A stretch of 64,000 nucleotides of DNA from an uncultured Chloroflexia bacterium (GTDB lineage Bacteria > Chloroflexota > Anaerolineae > B4-G1 > SLSP01), in the NCBI GenBank assembly GCA_963751345.1, contig CAVVUS010000018.1:64001-128000 (forward strand), in the 5' to 3' direction. Positions within the stretch are counted from its first letter, which is position 1. The number at the start of each line of letters is the position of its first letter. Made by a program: the position numbers and the translations under genes. The notes under the pieces were generated by a model. The model was not told the DNA's origin. It saw only the letters and a program-made list of their open reading frames with translations, and did no database searches. Positions 63,212 through 64,000 of the stretch are shown one piece after another.

Positions 63212-63228
63212 GGTCTACCTCTATGTAC

Positions 63229-63285
63229 TTGACACTGCTATCTGCGTGTGATACAATGGCTTTGATATTTTACATATCATATGTG
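63229..63285 (+). promoter_or_regulatory. Fucosidase promoter with candidate operator
   Basis: TTGACA-N17-TACAAT, then TTACATATCATATGTG starting 12 nt after the -10. Confidence 0.72.
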
Positions 63286-63366
63286 ATACACCAAGCTTGC
63301 CGACGCCGGTTCCTATTGATGGGTACGCTGCCCAGACCCAGGCAACGGTTGAGGTAAATCTCTCCA

Positions 63367-64000
63367 ATGATCGAGCACCAATACTCTCATGTGGGGGATA
63401 CATTGTTACCGCTGAGGAAGACGACCGGAGACCCCGCGTCTTGGGTTCACAACCGATTTGGGTTGTGCATTTTCTGGGGGCTTTACTCACTGGCAGCCCG
63501 TCACGAATGGGTACAAAGTCATGAGGAGATGAGTACCGAAGTTATATGCAAGATACTTCGACCACTTCTACCCGGACCTGTACGAGCCGCGAGCAGGGCC
63601 CGGGCGGCGAAAGACGCAGGAATGCGGTACGTGTTGATATGCACGAAACACCACGATGGGTTCTGCCTGTGGGATACCGCGACGACGGATTTAAGGCAAC
63701 CAATACACCCTATGGCCGGGACCTCCTCACACCTATGGTGAATGCTTTTCGTGAGGAAGGACTAGATGTGTTTTTCTACTTCTCCCTCATTGATTGGCAC
63801 CATAGTGAGTTCCCTATTGATGCCAACCACCCTATGCGGAACGATCGAGCATTCCGAGAGGCGACGCGGGAGAGGAATATTCGGACGATGTCCCCGGTAA
63901 TGTTCGAGCAGGTAAGGGAGCTGCTGACACAGTTTGGAGATATCGGTATGTTTTTTCCGGATTTTTCCTACCCTGGCGACGATGGGAAGGGACGCGAGGA
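63367..64000 (+). CDS. GH29 alpha-L-fucosidase, N-terminal part (apparent frameshifts; runs off the right edge)
   Basis: RFGLCIFWGLYS...HEWV, AKDAGMRY...TKHHDGFCLWD, FYFSLIDWH and QVRELLTQFG...DFSY. The start may instead be TTG at 63403. Confidence 0.85.

Overview
GC-rich bacterial chromosomal segment, most likely Chloroflexota (Anaerolineae-like). That placement is inferred from gene content: a Pro/Thr-linker L,D-transpeptidase, a DUF333 lipoprotein, DUF4126, a T-box and a SAM-I riboswitch. About 16 genes are split by apparent single-base indels, most plausibly long-read consensus errors, so they are reported as joined CDSs. Left to right: an OmpR two-component pair; a SAM-I riboswitch leading a plant-type cystathionine gamma-synthase and an aspartokinase; two envelope genes sharing an ECF-sigma promoter motif; a large accessory carbohydrate/sulfate catabolic region (two sulfatases, two URO-D-like proteins, FGGY kinase, CE1 esterase, GH3, L-fucose isomerase, GH4, Gfo/Idh/MocA, FG-GAP propeller) containing a PIN toxin-antitoxin module; a housekeeping block (parB, tig, clpP, ADP-forming acetate-CoA ligase, ECF transporter, yggS, yggT, aminotransferase, ung, uvrC, T-box thrS); and a lower-GC right end with a GntR regulator, an IS with a 9-bp target duplication and a GH29 fucosidase. 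Best leads: (1) a URO-D-like/oxidoreductase/His-rich propeller/GH4 operon; (2) a DUF333 lipoprotein with four copies of an unnamed ~75-aa domain in a candidate ECF regulon; (3) a shared GntR operator; (4) several small intergenic repeat families; (5) tandem poly-Cys membrane proteins. No CRISPR array, rRNA or tRNA was seen. All family assignments come from motif recognition, not database searches.
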